From Bdellovibrionota bacterium (GTDB lineage: Bacteria; Bdellovibrionota_C; UBA2361; JAAYZI01): a stretch of DNA of 64,000 nucleotides. The translations under genes and the position numbers were made by a program. This document shows, piece after piece, positions 60,068-64,000 of this stretch. The notes under the pieces are model-generated. The model made no database searches. It was given only the letters and a program-made list of their open reading frames with translations, and was not told the origin of the DNA. The stretch is from positions 644,980-708,979 of the forward strand of contig JBMNIF010000003.1 of the NCBI GenBank assembly GCA_050950765.1. The letters are read 5' to 3'. Every line of letters starts with the position of its first letter. The first letter of the stretch is position 1.

Positions 60068-61396
60068 GTCTGCATTAACGGGAGATTTGATGCGAACGTA
60101 GCACCCACCTGAAGCAGCTGAGAGGGGCTTACCGTTCTTATCTATTATTTCAGTTAGAACTGCTGCAACGCTCTCTTGTGGTGTAATCCATTCGAGGGTA
60201 TCTCCAAGTGAGATCTTATTTCTTACATCTAATAACGCCATTTCTGTATTCGGATCATATTCCAAAACTCGTGCGGCAAACTTATGAGTTAACGGTAGTG
60301 ATTCACCATCACAAAAGTTTTCGCCGTAGCCGCGAGGATTTCTCGCTAAAAATCCTGTTGTAAAAGTTCTGCTTGATGTTGCAAAAAGTTCAAGTAAATT
60401 ATCTTTATCGAACGGTTTATTTTGTAATAGGTCATCGATAGCGCGCCGATAAGCACGAGTTGTGATAGCGAGGTAGTAGATAGATTTAGTGCGTCCTTCT
60501 ACTTTAAAAGAGCAGACCCCCGCTCGTTGCAGCTCTTGCAAAAATTCAATAGCACAGAGGTCTTTTGAGTTCATCAGATAAGTACCGTACTCATCTTCGT
60601 CGATCGGAAAAGGTTCGTCCTCCCGTTTCTGTTCTTTCAAATAGTAGCTCCCTGCTAAAGGGGTGTACGCCGTCGGGCTACTAGCAGCTAATTCATCTTC
60701 AACACTACGAATACTTGCGCGTTCTAGCCCGAGTTTATAATGCCAGCGGCATGAATTGGTACAGGTGCCTTGATTAGAATCACGGTGATTGAGGTAGTTT
60801 GAAATTAGACACCGCCCTGAGTATGAGATGCAGATAGCACCGTGAACAAAAGCTTCCAATTCGATCTGCGCTACCTTTTCTCTAATCTCCCTAATCTCCG
60901 TGAGAGAGAGCTCCCTTGAGAGGATAATACGTTTTACACCGAGCTCTTTCCAAAACTCTACATCAGTCCAGTTGACGGCATTAGCTTGTGTTGAGAGGTG
61001 GATCGTAACATCAGGTCTTAAAGAGAGCGCTTTTTTTATCAACCCGACATCACTCATAATAAAAGCATCAGGCTTTAACTCGTACATCTCTAAAAAAGAA
61101 TCTAAAAATCCCGCTACTTTGTTGTTGTGTGCAAAGATATTCATCGTTATGTAGATCTTCTTACCGAGAGCGTGCGCATACGAGATCCCTTCTTTAAGAG
61201 TTTCTTTATTAAAACCGTTTTCTCTAGCACGTAGTGAAAAAAAAGGAGCTCCCGCATAAACAGCATCCGCACCATAAGCAAAAGCAAATTGCAGCTTTTC
61301 TAAACTACCTGCTGGCATCAGTAACTCTAGCGAGTCGCTTTCAAAAGATGAAACACCCTTTTCCCCCTGTAACTTTACTGCACTTTTATCTTCCAA
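60038..61396 (-). CDS. U32-family protein, tRNA hydroxylation TrhP (YegQ)-like
   Basis: ELLMPAG, YGADAVY.G, HLSTQ, FVHGAICISYSGRC, CTNSCRW, KVEGRTK. Confidence 0.9.
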   Translation of the reverse strand: MEDKSAVKLQGEKGVSSFESDSLELLMPAGSLEKLQFAFAYGADAVYAGAPFFSLRARENGFNKETLKEGISYAHALGKKIYITMNIFAHNNKVAGFLDSFLEMYELKPDAFIMSDVGLIKKALSLRPDVTIHLSTQANAVNWTDVEFWKELGVKRIILSRELSLTEIREIREKVAQIELEAFVHGAICISYSGRCLISNYLNHRDSNQGTCTNSCRWHYKLGLERASIRSVEDELAASSPTAYTPLAGSYYLKEQKREDEPFPIDEDEYGTYLMNSKDLCAIEFLQELQRAGVCSFKVEGRTKSIYYLAITTRAYRRAIDDLLQNKPFDKDNLLELFATSSRTFTTGFLARNPRGYGENFCDGESLPLTHKFAARVLEYDPNTEMALLDVRNKISLGDTLEWITPQESVAAVLTEIIDKNGKPLSAASGGCYVRIKSPVNADKFTLLRKRL

Positions 61397-61480
61397 TGTT
61401 CCTTTTCCTTCTGTGACTTTATTTTACTTTTATCTCCCAATGTTCCTTTTTCCCCTTCTCTAACTTTATCGCTTTTTTAT
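61370..61480. repeat. Degenerate tandem copies of the U32 gene RBS/start region
   Basis: ACTTTA....ACTTTTATCT.CCAATGTTCCTTTT twice plus a third partial copy. Confidence 0.65.
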
Positions 61481-61764
61481 CAGTCACCGTCTTTTCCCAT
61501 AACATTTACAACTTAGCATTTTTTAAAAAAAATTTCTCCTAGAACCGTACCTGCCTTTTAACTACTTTCGCTTAGGTGATTATTGTAGCTATTAAAAAGA
61601 AAAGATAGTGCTACTTTTATTTGAGTAAGTTTTTTAAGTAGTACGGTTTATACAAGCTACTCAACGGTAAAAAATTACAGATAAGCCACCTTGAAACGAA
61701 AAAAGGGATCAATCTCTTATAATGCTCTTCTGTATTTATCTATCAGCAAAAGGTATTGTCGCAC

Positions 61765-63588
61765 TTATTCCGCCTCATACTGATCGCGCCAATCCTCTTT
61801 TTCCTGCCATTTTGGCTGGTCTTCCTTCATTAAGATAAAGTTATTAATTACAAGACAATCCATATCACCCCGCATAAAACAACGATACGCATCCGCTGCT
61901 GAGCATACGATCGGTTCACCCCTAACATTAAAGCTAGTATTTACTAAGACAGGACACCCCGTTTGTTTGTAAAACGATGAAAGGAGTTTATAAAAGCGGC
62001 TATTCTGTTTCTCTGAAACTGTTTGAATACGTGCTGAATAATCAACGTGAGTTACAGCGGGGATATCAGAACGTGCTACATTTAATTTAGCAACTCCGAA
62101 AAGTTTTTTCTGAGCGTCCGTCATCTGAATGCGACGACTCTCCTTAACGCCCGCTACTAGCAACATATATGGAGAATCTTGATCCATTTCAAAATATTCT
62201 GAAGCGTGTTCACGCATAACTGACGGCGCAAACGGCCTGAAAGATTCTCTGAACTTCACCCTTAAGTTCATCTTGGATTGCATCTGTGCAGAACGTGGAT
62301 CCCCTAAGATGCTGCGATTACCCAACGCTCTCGGACCAAACTCCATCCTGCCCTGCATCCAACCAACGATCTTTCCTTCAGAGAGTAATTTAGCAACTTT
62401 GTCGAATAGTTCATCATCATCATTGACTTGATTATAAACACCATTAAATTGCGCTAAATCTTTCAGCACTTCCTGATTACTGTATTCAGGACCTAATAGG
62501 GATGATTGTTGTGCATCAAACTCTTGCGGATTTACAGATCGGGCATTCCCTAAGTAGCCGTAATAAACGCACAGTGCAGCCCCTAAAGCGCCTCCAGCAT
62601 CACCTGCAACGGGTTGAATCCTGATGTTTTTAAAGGGGCTATCCTTGATTAAACGCCCATTTCCGAGGCAGTTTAAGATCACACCTCCCGCCATGCACAG
62701 ATTATCAAGTTTCGTTTCTTTGTATAAGGCACGCGCTTGTCGCAATAAACACTCCTCCGTTACATCTTGAATAGAGCGTGCTAAGTCCATTTCACGTTGT
62801 GTAATAGGTGCTTCAGGCTTACGACGTGGCCCGTTGAAGAGGTCTGCAAAGGAGTCGCCCGTAATAGTTAGCCCTGAAGTATAATTAAAGTAGTTTAAGT
62901 TAAGGGAGAAGGTGCCATCCTCTTTTAAATCGATCAGATTATCATAGATCTGCTGCACATAACGGGGCTCGCCGTAGGGGGCTAACGCCATAATTTTGTA
63001 CTCACCCGAGTTCACTTTAAAACCAGCAAAATAAGTAAATGCCGAATAGAGCAACCCTAAAGAGTGCGGGAAAGAGATCTCTTTTAAGATAGAAAATTTA
63101 TTATCTCTCCCCACTCCGAGAGTGTTGGTACTCCACTCTCCGATACCGTCAGCCGTTAAAATAGCAGCCTCTTGAAAGGGCGAGGGATAAAAAGCGCTAC
63201 CGGCGTGGCTTTGATGGTGTTCAGTGAAGAGGATCTCGCCTTCAAAGCCGAGTTCGTGTCTGATGGTGTCAGGCATCCAGAGCTTGTGCTTTAACCAGAG
63301 CGGCAGTGCCTTAGCATAAGGGGTGTTTTCAGAGGAAGCTGCCGTCAGATAATTTCCAAACGCCTGTTCAACTTTTAGTAGAGGCTTATCGTAAAAAACA
63401 ACGAAGTTAATATCATCGATCTGTAATCCTTGAGATTCAATGCAGTATTGAACACTGTTTTTCGGAAACTCGCAGTCGTGTTTTTTTCTGGTAAAACGCT
63501 CCTCTTGAGCCGCTGCCACAATCCTACCATCACAAATAAGGACAGCTGCGCTATCGTGATAAAATGCTGAAATTCCAAGGATATTCAT
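61765..63588 (-). CDS. Carbamoyltransferase (NodU/CmcH family)
   Basis: LGIS..YHDSAA, EERFTR.KH, HH.SHA, GEYK.M, GRMEFGPRALGNRSI, NTSFN.RGEP. Confidence 0.93.
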   Translation of the reverse strand: MNILGISAFYHDSAAVLICDGRIVAAAQEERFTRKKHDCEFPKNSVQYCIESQGLQIDDINFVVFYDKPLLKVEQAFGNYLTAASSENTPYAKALPLWLKHKLWMPDTIRHELGFEGEILFTEHHQSHAGSAFYPSPFQEAAILTADGIGEWSTNTLGVGRDNKFSILKEISFPHSLGLLYSAFTYFAGFKVNSGEYKIMALAPYGEPRYVQQIYDNLIDLKEDGTFSLNLNYFNYTSGLTITGDSFADLFNGPRRKPEAPITQREMDLARSIQDVTEECLLRQARALYKETKLDNLCMAGGVILNCLGNGRLIKDSPFKNIRIQPVAGDAGGALGAALCVYYGYLGNARSVNPQEFDAQQSSLLGPEYSNQEVLKDLAQFNGVYNQVNDDDELFDKVAKLLSEGKIVGWMQGRMEFGPRALGNRSILGDPRSAQMQSKMNLRVKFRESFRPFAPSVMREHASEYFEMDQDSPYMLLVAGVKESRRIQMTDAQKKLFGVAKLNVARSDIPAVTHVDYSARIQTVSEKQNSRFYKLLSSFYKQTGCPVLVNTSFNVRGEPIVCSAADAYRCFMRGDMDCLVINNFILMKEDQPKWQEKEDWRDQYEAE

Positions 63589-64000
63589 AAGATAACCTAT
63601 TTTTGAATAATAAACTTGAGTGACTTCTACAGAAGTAACCTCTTTTAATTACAACACATTCTTACCAAGATGGGTAGATTATCTTTGTGCTGGATAAGAT
63701 TCTAAGAAGGTAAAAAGAGGACGCCAATTTATTAAGGATTAGGGAAAAATATCCGAGAGTAAAGATAGTTCGTCGCTTAACTGTGCTGAAAAATTGCTAA
63801 GCCAGAGATAGCAGAAAGATAGAGGTTCAATTTGTAAGAGGAGAGAGGCTTAATGGAGTTTTGTGATGTGCACCAAAAGAGTGTCGCAGTAGCTTGTTCC
63901 GATCCTTTTTTTGGTCAGAATGTTTATATAACTAGAGTTGGAGCTTTCTGAAAATTTATCTATCACTCTGTTAATCATAAACTTAAGACGTCTAAGTATC

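Noticed and set aside
63853..63951. Short ORF MEFCDVHQKSVAVAC resembling an IS110 transposase N-terminus
   Set aside because: Only ~32 codons near the window edge; the similarity is too short to support.

Overview
Window of an AT-rich, flagellated Gram-negative bacterium. Its gene style is compatible with a Bdellovibrionota/deltaproteobacteria-like lineage (inference only). It is mostly housekeeping DNA: cysN/cysD, mltA, tatC, valS, nadA, murA, cysQ, gltX, kdsB, ispA, folC, trhP-like U32, three tRNAs and flagellins. The main signal is at 44.6-48.7 kb: a plasmid-type replication/partition module lies among core genes with no integrase or att signature nearby. It consists of parB and parA, two non-canonical 21-bp palindromes flanking parB, an array of iterons with 22-bp periodicity, an AT-rich stretch and a Rep initiator gene. 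It coincides with an apparent switch in GC skew and gene orientation, which suggests a Rep/iteron origin driving a replicon that carries essential genes (a chromid, or a chromosome with a plasmid-type origin). Other notable items: an RRM-ribosomal protein S18 fusion; a flagellin gene cleanly interrupted by an IS1634-family element; a duplicated module of ~720-bp leader, divergent secreted-protein gene and conserved structured 3' element; a poly-G frameshifted orphan bounded by 26-bp direct repeats; a degenerate FHA-cyclase; and recurrent tandem duplications at gene boundaries.
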